DNA of 64,000 nucleotides from Stegostoma tigrinum (Eukaryota): the NCBI RefSeq assembly GCF_030684315.1, contig NC_081392.1, forward strand, positions 558,001 to 622,000, read 5' to 3'. Numbering within the stretch: position 1 is the first letter of the stretch; every line of letters starts with the position of its first letter. Under the pieces are notes generated by a model that was given only the letters and a program-made list of their open reading frames with translations, had not been told where the DNA came from and made no database searches. Below, piece after piece: positions 26,716 to 37,670 of the stretch. The translations under genes and the position numbers were made by a program.

Positions 26716-27408
26716 TGAGATGTTATTGGGATAATATCCCATTGATTTCTATATTCTCTATTAATTAATGTTTTTTTATCTGCTTACACAGAGGCATGCA
26801 GACACTGCCTTATAACCTCCAGCCTGATTAGAATTAGGTGTAAAACTTTGTAAGTCTGGGATATGTGGAAAATATCTCAAATAAGATTAAGTGTGCAGCG
26901 TTTATAAAAGTGTGAGGCTTCTGAGATCCTGTTAAGAATGTAACTTCTGTTTCTGCTAAAAAGGGCCAGGGCACTGACTTTTGTTCAAGTCAGACACTTC
27001 GGCGGCTTGAAATTACGTTCTTCACTTCGCCAACTTGAAATGGCATCCTGGGCCATTAGCAGTCACTTCACCAACAATTGACACTGTATCCTGCTCTCTT
27101 TATGTTTTCGATGTAGTAATTGTTTGTGTATCATGTCATTGTCCGATGCAGTGATTGTTTCATGTATCATGCCATTGTGAGATGTAAAATTGCTTTATGT
27201 ATTATGCACTCGGTAAGATATAAAAAACAGGGACTACCCGCTGCTCGGGCAGAATTGCTTACCAGACTCTGCGCTCTGTGCCGGGTTGAGTACAGTGATC
27301 CTCCACAGCTTGTACTTGCTTTGTAATAAAGGATTTGTGTTTTTCTAAACAGGTCAGTGTCTTGTCATTGCATCAAATCCGTGGGGGTCTCCGAAAACGA
27401 ACCTGACA
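26716..27408 (+). repeat. ERV 3' LTR (693 bp)
   Basis: Follows purine tract AAAATGAGGGAA, TG...CA termini, TATAAAAA at 27221, AATAAA 27325-27330. Confidence 0.93.
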
Positions 27409-27504
27409 GTACAGACCCGAAACAACTTTCCTGTTCCTCCGCTGCTTGGCCAGTTGCGTTCATTTACCAACCTTCAAGGTGCCTTGGCAACTTCGGACAG
27501 CCGG

Positions 27505-27669
27505 CAGCATCCAATCAGGGATTGAGGAGCTGGGAGGATATTTGGTTGGGGCGGGGCTATCAATGTGCGTAAAGGAGAAGGGCCAGGCTCTGAATCAGAG
27601 GTGCGCTGTATTTTGAATGTTTTCTCACTCGTCATAAAGGTTGCTGAAAAGCGAAGCTTGAAGTGGAAG
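27505..27669 (+). promoter_or_regulatory. Putative V promoter
   Basis: CCAAT 27511-27515, GC box GGGGCGGGGC 27548-27557, TGAATCA 27591-27597 and a CRE half-site (CGTCA) just 5' of the leader ATG. Confidence 0.5.
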
Positions 27670-28187
27670 ATGTATCGGTTGCTCGTTCTGCTCATCGTAT
27701 TTTACCGTGAGGGACTTTCTAATTTACAATTATATTTCAACCTCTAATTTTCTTTCAACAGGCTATCCTTCATCCCTGCTGTTATTCCATTTCTGCAGAT
27801 GCCTTTTTTCTTTTGTTACTTTCTTTTTTCTTTCTCGAATTTGTTCCCATTTACTGACCTCTTCCTCTCCCCGCCTTTTCCTTAGATGTGAAATCACAGT
27901 ATATCCACCAGAACCCCGCCGCCGTCTCCAAATTTCCCGGAGAGGGTGTGAACCTGCAATGCAGTGTGGAGGAGAGCAGCAGTAGTATTCTCTACTTGTA
28001 CTGGTACAAACAGTCCGCCGGAAAAGAACTACAACTGATGTTTTACTCCAATACAGCAGAGAACGTGGATCCACAGAAGCCGGTGGACGGTTTCAAAGCC
28101 GACAGACCGAGTAACACCGAATTCAACCTCAGGTCCCCCAGCCTCCAAGCGAATCATTCGGCAGTCTATTACTGCGCCTGGAGTCTT
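27670..28187 (+). CDS. TRBV: T-cell receptor V segment, apparently functional, TRBV30-like (leader exon 27670-27706, V exon 27886-28187)
   Basis: Leader MYRLLVLLIVFY+C|GTGAG, a phase-1 intron ending in a pyrimidine tract and TTAG, then in-frame HVKSQYIHQNPAAVSKFPGEGVNLQC...YWYKQ...YYCAWSL directly followed by a 23-RSS. Both Cys and the Trp of the V-set fold are present. Confidence 0.93.
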
Positions 28188-28226
28188 CACAGTGACTCGG
28201 AGAGATGAAGCAGCTCAACAAAAAGC
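28188..28226 (+). other. Recombination signal sequence, 23-nt spacer
   Basis: CACAGTG (28188-28194), 23 nt, ACAAAAAGC (28218-28226). Confidence 0.96.
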
Positions 28227-28349
28227 CCAAAGGCGACAGGAAGCAACTTTTATCGTCAAAACCTGCTGGTTTCGCAGTTTTTTCCTGTTTTTGTAGAATC
28301 ATGGGCAACAAGGAAGAGGATAGAAAGTAATTACGTATAGAGATACTGT

Positions 28350-28790
28350 CAGAACAAAGAACTGCACAACACACAGAACAGGTCCTTCAATTCTGAGCCG
28401 ACACTCGATGCTTATATAGCTAAAACCTTTTGTCCCCTGCTTATTTGCGTATGCGTCAAGATGACTGTCAAAAGTTGCTCTTGCATTCGCCTCTGCCACG
28501 TTCTCTAGTAGCGCATTCCAGCATTAACCATCCTGTTGTTTTAAATAAAAAGAGCTTGCCTCTCACATTTCCTTTAAACTTTACCCCTTTTACCTTTAAC
28601 TTATGCCCCCTAGTGGTTGACATTTTTGGCTTGGGGATAACACTCCGTTCTATTCATGCCTGTCAATTTTGTGAACTTATATCAGATTGCCCTTCATCCT
28701 TCAACGTTCAATACCATCCAAAGCAGGCCAGTGAATCATTTCCACACCCTCTCAAAGTCTCTACATCCTTGTTGGTAGTGTGGTAGCGTT
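28350..28790 (-). mobile_element. Decayed CR1 3' fragment
   Basis: Similar to other CR1 3' ends in the window. Confidence 0.6.
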
Positions 28791-30249
28791 GAGGGCGAAT
28801 ATGAAATTGAAAATGGTAAAGCTCTCAACTACCAAGAAGGTTTGAACAGGTTCATATCGGTTGAAAAGCCCGAAGCTGTTTAAAATTCTGGTGTGGGTTC
28901 AATAGTTTAGGCTCTGCGGAACTTCTAAACTTGTAGTCACGGCAGTCCTCTCTGAGAGTAAATCCAACTGGAAAAAATCAACAGAAACATTTTTTTTTAC
29001 CGAGATAGTAGTAAGAATGTGGAATTCGCAGAGCCACAGAATGGATTCGGGACAAGGCATTGAAAATAAGCGACTGACAGAAAATGGCAGGGAAAATACC
29101 AGGACGATTTAAAATTATGTTTCTATTGATGCAACAGAGGGCGCTCTAGCAACATGAAATTCCCTTTTCCGATGAAGGGTGACATCTGAGGTTTAGACTT
29201 CAATTTCGGAAATAAAGTTGAAATCTGTTTTCACTCTGCAATTACTATTACTTTGAATGGTATTTGGTACTTCACCTGCCCAGAATCAATGGCTGAGCCG
29301 CACCCCATCAGCCTCAATTGAATTCTGAAGTGGCGTCTTAGTTGTCTCTAGTTTGTATTCAGCAGAGTGATCAATGGTTTATAATCGATTTCAACCTTAA
29401 ACAATAATTAGAGTTGTTGGCTGGCTCGCCGATCTGACTGGTTTTCATGCAAACATTTCATATCCCTTGTAGATAACAGCACCATCAGTCCGTGGCAGGA
29501 TTGGACATCACTTACAATGTCAGCTAGAAAGCAAATGAAATGCTTAGATGAAAACCACTCAGCTCCGTGAACCAATCAACAACTCGAACCACAAACCAGG
29601 CTACAGAGCTTCGTTAAAAATTTAGATGATAAACTCATCATACAATCAAAAGTTTTTTTTGCACGCCCGCGTTAATCTCCACTTCAATCCGTGCATATTG
29701 CTGATCAGTCTCAACGAGTGGTCCAGAAGCATAATGAGCAGGCTTCTGCTTTTTATCTTCTTTTACCTGAAAGAGTATTGTCCCCAATCTTGGTGAAAGT
29801 GCTTTGGGTGGTATTATGGTCACAGGCTGTGAATCAGTACATGCCAGAACTTCTAATCATGAATTGCCTGACTTAATCACTCTTTTCATCATTAACCTTC
29901 GTGTGCTCCCTCTCGCAAAGGCCCGTTTGCTTCTGCCGTGTTTGGCAATGGCATTTCACAGAAACTTTGAAAATAGGAGCAGGAGGGAGCTATTCGGCCC
30001 TTTGAGCCTGCTCCACCATTCTTCACAATCATGGCTGATCATCTAACTCAATTACCTAATCCAACTTCTTCCCTATAACCTCTGATTCCATTCAGCTCAC
30101 GTGCTATATGTAATCGCCTTTTGAATACATTCACTGTCTTGGCATCAACTATTTCCTGTGGTAATGAATTAGAGGCTCACAACTCTACCTGGTAAACCTT
30201 TGACGGAATATTTGAAATTTCTTAAATTGCTGGTGATGGAAAATCTTTA

Positions 30250-30645
30250 TTAGACCATAAGGCATAGGAGCAGAAATTAGGCCATTCGGCCCTTCGAGTC
30301 TGTTCTGCCTTCAATCATGGCTGATAAGTTCCTCAAGCCCATTCTCCTGCTTTTTCCCTGTAACCCTTGATCCCCATGATAATCAAGAACTTGTCCACCT
30401 CAGCCTTCTGTGGCAGTCAAGTCCATAGATTCACCACTGTTTGGTTGAAGATGTTTGTCCTTATCTCCATTCTAAAAGGTCTTCCCTTTACTGTAAGGCT
30501 ATGCCCTCAGGTCCTAGTCTCTTCTACCAACGGAAGCATCATCCCAAGATCCACTTTGTCCAGGCCATTCATTATTATGTAAGTTTCAATTAGACCACCC
30601 CTCCCCTCCCCCATCCTTCTAAACTCCAATAAGTACAGCCCCAGC
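30250..30645 (-). mobile_element. CR1 3' fragment
   Basis: LEFRRM..LIETYIIMNGLDKVD; similar to 33362-33800. Confidence 0.7.
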
Positions 30646-32545
30646 ATTGTGGTATTCTGGGGTTGACAGGGATACTGGGAGCTTGGAGTTTGTGCAACCT
30701 CGCACTTCTTATTCAAGATTGGAGTTGCAATCTGAAGTAATCCCCTGACTGCCCTAACTCTTCAGTCATGTTCTCCAAGGTGGTGCCATGTTGTATATGT
30801 GACATATTACACCATTAACACACACCCATAAGTTTGTAGGAATGCTTTGGCAAATTCATTTGGTAAATGATGTTTAAAAGTGGTTGACTTCTTTAATTGC
30901 TATCTCCTTAAACGGTGAAACAGTCAGATTTCTCAAATCTGCATTGGGGTGTTGTTGGAAACAAATGCTGTATCCATTTCGGTGAATAGCATTCTCTTGC
31001 TAGATTTTCACCTATTGAAGATCAACCTGGTAAGTTAAAATATGAGTTTAACCAATTAAACAAAACAATGGACTATTAGATTTGGATAAATGTCATTGTG
31101 TTTGATTCAGATTAGTAGAATTACGAACTGTAGCCATTACTGAACACTGACCTCTCAAAACTGTGACTAGTGAAATTACACCGTCTGAGTTGATAATACT
31201 TTTAGAACTGATACAGAAGTGAATGCGACCTTTGTAGTGTGACAGTGGGTAGATATTACATTCCCTCTGAGGCATTGTGATATTCTATCTTCAATTTTCC
31301 CAAACCTACCAACTATCTTGGGAACTCCCTTCCAAAATCATGTCCTTGATTTGTGCCTGCCATTCTTGTGAAGTAACTTCACCTTTAAGCACATATTCCT
31401 TAATTAAACAGAGGAACATTTCTGGATGTCAAACTGAGACTGTTGTTTCTATTGAATCTGACCTTCGATGTGATATGGCCCTTTGAGTTAATTTCCTTCA
31501 ACTCCCCGTTATTTAATTAAGGAATGTTGCAATGTTTTCTTTTAAAGCCACGGAAACTGGCCTGATAACACCGAGACACTGTCTGCTGATCAGCTTAAAA
31601 CACTTTAGAATTTATTTCCAGAATTGTTTATTTCTCCCATAAATATTGAACTTTTAGGAGTTTATGGCGTTTCCACTTCAGAGACCTGCTTTGGTTTCAC
31701 AGACATTGTCTGTTCATGAACGTCAACACACTGGACCTGCTGTGGTCTGAAACCCCCAGAAAGTAAAGTCGTGAACCTTTCATCTAGTCTGGATTGGAAA
31801 TAGGGGTTCCAACACAATGGAGATTCTAGTCACTGTCTGCTTTATGGAATGTGTTGAAAATTGGGGTCCCCTTAAAGGCGAATTTTCCTATTTTTCCAAT
31901 TCAGCATGAGATATAATTTCACTGTTGCTAGAGCAGTAACTGGCTTTCTAAACTTGCAAATCCAGATGAAGATAGAGCACAGACTGTGTGAAGACTCAAG
32001 GAAGAATTTCCTGCACTTAAGATGGAGAATAGGATATTTTCTTCAACGTACTTTAATGAGAACGACCATAGTCTGTGTCAACATCCTGTTTATTCGCTAG
32101 CAGCTTTTTCATAAGGCTATGTATTCCTCTTTGTACCGTTAAAAAATAATTTACTTGACGTGTTACTATTCTCGTCTAAATGTAGAAAATGTATCTCTAA
32201 ACATATTGCCTACTTTATATTAGCTAAATTGTTGCTTCTTATACTCAACAAATTATCTAGAAATTCTTTAAACATAAATACACCGAGGGAGAGGGGTAGA
32301 AGTGGGAGGAGAGAAAGAACTATTTACAAATAGCCGGCGTCATAGATCTAAGTTATTGTGGTCACGAGCTCGCAAAACCTGTCACAGGATCTTATCAGAA
32401 AATGCCAATCTTTGAAAGGTCTAGTATGAAAGGTATGCGCTCCCCGCCCCAAGCTCGCTCACCCCACCGCCACCCACTCATCGCCTCGCCCCGCCAAACC
32501 AGCGGACATCTCTCACATCCATAAAACGCAATTGAATGTATTTGT

Positions 32546-32839
32546 GAGGCTGGATGAACACAGCAGGCCAAGCAGCATCTCAGGAGCACAAAAGCTGACG
32601 TTTCGGGCCTAGACCCTTCATCAGAGAGGGGGATGGGGGGAGGGAACTGGAATAAATAGGGAGAGAGGGGGAGGCCTATTTATTCCAGTTCCCTCCCCCC
32701 ATCCCCCTCTCTGATGAAGGGTCTAGGCCCGAAACGTCAGCTTTTGTGCTCCTGAGATGCTGCTTGGCCTGCTGTGTTCATCCAGCTTCACACTTTATTA
32801 TCTTGGAATCTCCAGCATCTGCAGTCCCCATTATCTCTG
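32546..32839. mobile_element. Fold-back element made of two inverted Penelope-like termini
   Basis: Arms of about 115 bp nearly perfectly inverted around a 14-nt purine loop; 15-bp TSD ATTGAATGTATTTGT at 32531-32545 and 32840-32854. Confidence 0.92.
32709..32740 (+). ncRNA. Minimal type I hammerhead ribozyme motif (representative copy)
   Basis: CTGATGA-A-GGGT-CTAG-GCCC-GAAA-C-GTC; identical cores at 17576-17603 (+), 49001-49028 (+) and 32597-32624 (-). Confidence 0.7.
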
Positions 32840-33069
32840 ATTGAATGTATTTGTTCCTTTGGCTAAGCAACTCATTCGCAACCCGCGCACAGAGAGCTCA
32901 TTTTAGGTACCAGCTCAGGTCAGCATGACCGGCTCGCTCCTCGACCGACGGTTGAATGAGAGACTACTCTGTAGGATTATGGAAGCATTCAATCAGAACA
33001 TAATCGCAGTTTCCGCAGTGAACCTGAACTTTGCCCATCAACTGGTTCGTCATGTGCCTTTCAATATTT

Positions 33070-35135
33070 GTGGGGGCGGTGGCGTAGTGGTAATGTCACA
33101 AGTAATCCAGAAACCCAGATTAGTATTCTGGGGGAAATAAAACAGAAGTCGCTGGCAAAGCTCAGTAGGTCTGGCAGAATCTGTGAAGAAGAAAACAAAA
33201 TCAAAGTTAGCGTTTCGGGTCTGGTGACTCTTCCTCAGAATATTCTGGGACATCATTTCGATGGTGATATTTTAAATGAATTCAAATCCGAATAAAAAGA
33301 AAGCTTCGTAGCAACAATGTAAGCAGTGTCGATTGTCGCAAAAAAGTCTTCTCTAATGAATTATAGACAATAGACAATAGGTGCTGGAGTAGGCCATTCG
33401 GCCCTTCGAGCCAGCACCACCATTCATTATGACCATGGCTGATCATCCACAGTCAGTATCCTGTTCCTGCCTTATCCCCATAACCCTTGATTCCACTATC
33501 TTTAAGAGCTCTATCCATCTCTTTCTTGAAAGTATCCAGAGAGTTGGTCTCCACTGCCTTCTGGGGCAGAGCATTCCATATATCCACCACTCTCTGGGTG
33601 AAGAGGTTTTTCCTCAACTCTGTTCTAAATGGCCTACCTCTTATTTTTAAACTGTGTCCTCTGGTTCTGGACTCACCCATCAGCGGAAACATGGTTCCTT
33701 CCTCCAGAGTGTCCAGTCCCTTAAAAATTTTATACGCCTCAATCAGATCCCCTCTCATCCTTCTAAATTCAAGAGCATACAAGCCCAGTCGCTCCAATCT
33801 TTCAACATATGATAGTCCCGCCATTCCGGGAATTGACCACGTGAACCTATGCTGCACTCCCTCAATAGCAAGAATGTCCTTAGTCGAATTTGGAGACCAA
33901 AACTGCGCACAATACTCCAGGTGCAGTCTCACCAGGGCCCTGTATAGCTGCAGAAGGACCTCTTTGCTCCTATACTCAATTCGTCTTGTTATGAAGGCCA
34001 GCATGCTATTAGCTTTCTTCACTGCCTGCTGTACCTGCATGCTTGCTTTCATTGACTGATGTACAAGAACACCTACATCTCGTTGTACTTCCCCTTTACC
34101 TAACTTGACTCCATTTAGATAGTAATCTGCCTTCCTGGTCTTGCCACCAAAGTGGATAACCACACATTTATCCACATTAAACTGCATCTGCCATGCATCC
34201 GTCCACTCACCTAGCCTGTCCAAGTCACCCTGTATTCTCATAACATCCTCCTCACATTTCACACTGCCACCCAACTTTGTGTCATCAGCAAATTTGCTAA
34301 TATTACTTTTAATGCCTTCTTCTATATCATTAATATATATCATAAACAGCTGCGGTCCCAGCACCGAGCCTTGTGGTCCCCCACTGGTCACTGCCTGCCA
34401 TTCCGAAAGGGACCCATTTATTACTACTCTTTGCTTCCTGTCAGCCAGCCAATTTTCAGTCCAACTCAGTATTTTGCCCCCAATACCATGTGCCCTAATT
34501 TTGTTCACCAATCTCCTGTGCGGGACTTTATCAAAGGCTTTCTGAAAGTCCAGGTACACTACATCCACTGGTTCTCCCTTATCCATCTTCATTGCTACAT
34601 CCTCAAAAAATTCCAGAAGATTAGTCAAGCACGATTTCCCCTTCGTAAATCCATGCTGACTCTGACCTATTCTGTTACTGCTATCCAAATGAGTCGTAAT
34701 TTCATCTTTTATGATTGACTCCAGCATCTTTCCCACTACTGAAGTCAAGCTAACCGGTCTTGAAGAGTGGGACAACATTTGCCACCCTCCAATCCGCAGG
34801 AACTGATCCTGAATCTTTAGAACCTTGGAAAATAATTACCAATGCATCCACAATTTCTAGAGCCACCTCCTTAAGTACCCTGGATTCCCTTTAGACACAA
34901 AAATCTGCGTCCCTTACCTGGCCTGGCCTACACAGGACACCAGACCCAGAGCAATATTGCAAATAGAAAATGCTAGTGATCACAGCAGGTCAGGCAACAT
35001 CCATGGAGACAGAGAGCAAGCTAAAGTTTCGAGTCTAGATGACATTTCATCTGAGCAATATGGTTGACTCTTAACTGTCCTTTGGGTAATTATGGATGGG
35101 CAATAAATATCGCCCAAATTCCAAGCACGATTTTT
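33070..35135 (+). mobile_element. Deu-domain (SacSINE1-like) SINE fragmented by three nested insertions
   Basis: tRNA-like head GGTGGCGTAGTGGTAATGTCAC; core CCTTACCTGGCCTGGCCTACA...GGTTGACTCTTAACTG resumes after the CR1. Confidence 0.6.
33362..34882 (-). mobile_element. CR1 LINE 3' part with a 441-aa open RT C-terminal frame
   Basis: RPVSLTSVVGK, LDFQKAFDKVPH, PQGSVLGP, FADDTK; CTATTGT-type tail. Confidence 0.95.
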
Positions 35136-35545
35136 TAAAAGTTGCGTTTCTCCCAATAAACTAATCGGAGATTAAGGGGCGGTGCTGATATTAGGAAAAT
35201 CCGAATCTATTGGGAGTAAAATTGTATCAGAGATAATAGGAACTGCAGATGCTGGAGAATCCGAGATAACAAGACATAGAGCTGGATGAACACAGCAGGC
35301 CAAGCAGCATCATAGAAGCAGGAAGGCTGAATTTTCGGCCCTAGATCCTTCATTAGAAAAGGGTCTAGGCCCGAAACTTCAGCCTCCCTGCTCCTACGAT
35401 GCTGCTTGGCCTGCTGTGTTCATCCAGCGCTACACTGTTATCTCTGTTGGGAGTAGCTGTATTGTCAATCAAGGACCGAGGGGTGGAGCATTGTATTTCA
35501 ATACAGTCTCACAATTGCGATTGTTTAAACAGAAATCTTGCAGTG

Positions 35546-35584
35546 CATAGTGACTCAGAGAAAGGGAACAGCTCAACAAAAACT
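35546..35584 (+). other. Orphan degenerate 23-RSS (relic of a lost V segment)
   Basis: CATAGTG, ACTCAGAGAAAGGGAACAGCTCA (23 nt, similar to the spacer at 28195-28217), ACAAAAACT. No V exon recognisable upstream. Confidence 0.75.
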
Positions 35585-36387
35585 ATCAAGGTTGCACGAA
35601 ACAGCCGAGAACGCGGAAACAGGTGTTGCGTCCGGTTTCTCTTCCATGCAGTGAATGCGTTTGACAGAAAAGATAGTGCGGTAACGTTAAATGGTGAGCG
35701 AATAGATGGTGGAGATGGTTAATAAGGATTCGCCTGAATTTGAGAGTTTTGGTTCCTGTCGACAATGTGCCATTCCCCAGAATTCAACCATCAACAGATG
35801 GCGCTGGAGAGCACGAAGTGACCCGTGCCGGGCACACAGTTCAAGGGGAACACAGGTACACAGAAAGATATTCAGTCCTTGTAATGTAAGAAAAGAATGG
35901 CCGTTTATTTTCCCTGAATTTGTTGTTCAGGGTGGAGAGGAAGCCATTAAAGTTGAAGAGGCTGCCAAGAGAAAGAAATGCTTGTTTTATTCGTACATGC
36001 GATGTGGGCGATTCTGGCTAGGCTAGCATCTTTACCCATTTCATTGAAGCCATTCCTGCAGTTTTTACACGGGACTACGGGCAATGTATTCAGCTGTTAA
36101 CGTCTGAGAAGGAAGCGATACAGGACTTTGATACTGTTCAGCCATTCACTTAGATCATGGGTCATCATGAATTTTTTTTAGCTTCGCATGAGGCCTTTCG
36201 ACGCAAAAAATGCTCCTGTTTGATTTTCTGTTGAAAGCTCCAAGCATTACCACGATAATAATGATAATTACCTCATAATAACATCCCAAAGACCCTGGTT
36301 TAGAGATGTTGATACTTCAGATGTTTCAGACTCAGTTCCCCCTCCTCCCATCCGTCCCCACTCCCTCTCACCCAGCTGCCTCTCAGA

Positions 36388-37670
36388 TACATAGAACATA
36401 GGACAGGACAGTACAGGAGCAAGCCCTTCGACCCATAATGTTGTACCAAATTAAACTAATCCCTCTGCCTGCTTATGGTTCATACCCACCATTCCTTGCT
36501 TATTCATTTGCTTCTCTAAAAGACTCTTAAATGCCCCTATCGTATCTGCCTCCATTACAACCCCCGGCAGCGTGTTCCAGACACCTGCATCTGTCTGTTT
36601 AAAAAAAACACTTTGCCATCACATTTCTTTTGAATTTTCCCTTTTCACCATAAATGAATGCCCCCTAGTAATTGACATTTCAAGGCTAGGGAAAAAAGAT
36701 TTTGCCAACACGATTTATGTATCTGCTAATTTTATACTTATATCAGGTCTCCCTTCAGCCTCCACCGCTCCAGAGAAAGCAACCCGAGTTCGCCCAGACT
36801 CTCCCTTTAGCCCATAATCTCGAAACTAGGCAGTATCCTGGTAAACCGCTTCCGCGGCCTCTCCAAAGTCTCCACATCTGCGATAGGGTTAGGGTTCCTG
36901 TAATGTGGCAAACAGAATTGAACACAATACAAAACGTGCGGCCTGACCAAAGTTTTATGAAGCAGAAAAATGACTCTTGTACTCAATTTACCGAACATTA
37001 AAGACAAACATGCCATACACCTTCTTTAACACCCTATCTACTTACGTGGTCATTTTCAAGGAGCTATAGACTAGGATCCCAAGATCCCTCTGTACACCAA
37101 TGCTGTTAAAGGCCTTGCCATTAACTGTACACTTTCCCAGAAATCACACGACATCACCTTACAGTGCAGATGTGACGTCACAAGCTTTCGAAGCGTAGCC
37201 CTTCGACACCTGATTTCAAATAAATCTGTTGGACTGTAACCTGGTGTCGTTAGATTTCTGACTTTGTCCATCCCAGTCCAACACTGGTACCTCCACATCA
37301 TGTATACTTTGCCTTATCATTTGATTTCCCAAAGTGCAGACCTATCCGGATTAAACTCCAGCTGCCATTTCTCCGTCCATATCTGCAAATGATCTATTTG
37401 CCACTGTATCTTTAACATGGTCCACAAATCTCGCGGTCTTTGTGTCGTCCGCAAATTTCCTAACCCAACCATCTTTTCTTCATCATTTTCACTATCATCA
37501 TTTTCTTCCGAGTCATTTATATCAATCACAAACAACAGCGATCCCTGCGGAACACCACTAGTCACGGACTTCCAGCCAGAAAAATATCTATTCATCACTA
37601 CTTTCTGTTTTTTTTTGCCAATTCTGAATCCAAACGGCCAAATCACCGGCAAACCGATGCATCCTTATAC
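36388..37670 (-). mobile_element. Decayed CR1 3' part
   Basis: VTSGVPQGS, LHKTLVRPHVLYCVQF. Confidence 0.75.

Larger units (their letters stand above)
17669..27408 (+). mobile_element. Endogenous retrovirus provirus, defective (LTR-gag-partial pol-env-LTR)
   Basis: Two homologous LTRs, PBS, purine tract, and retroviral Gag, RNase H, integrase and Env motifs with many stops and frameshifts. Confidence 0.95.

Noticed and set aside
22975-27408. Possible retroviral superantigen or domesticated env beside V-beta genes
   Set aside because: env has stops, frameshifts and a CR1 insertion, and the LTR has no substantial ORF. Proximity alone is not evidence.
27886-28187. IgNAR, NAR-TCR or Ig V identity
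   Set aside because: Full-length CDR2 region, WYKQ, CAWS ending and 23-RSS fit TCR beta better. A phylogeny is still needed to settle it.
33487-34718. Long + strand ORFs opposite the CR1 RT, and similar ones opposite Penelope copies
   Set aside because: Antisense shadows of retroelement coding sequence.
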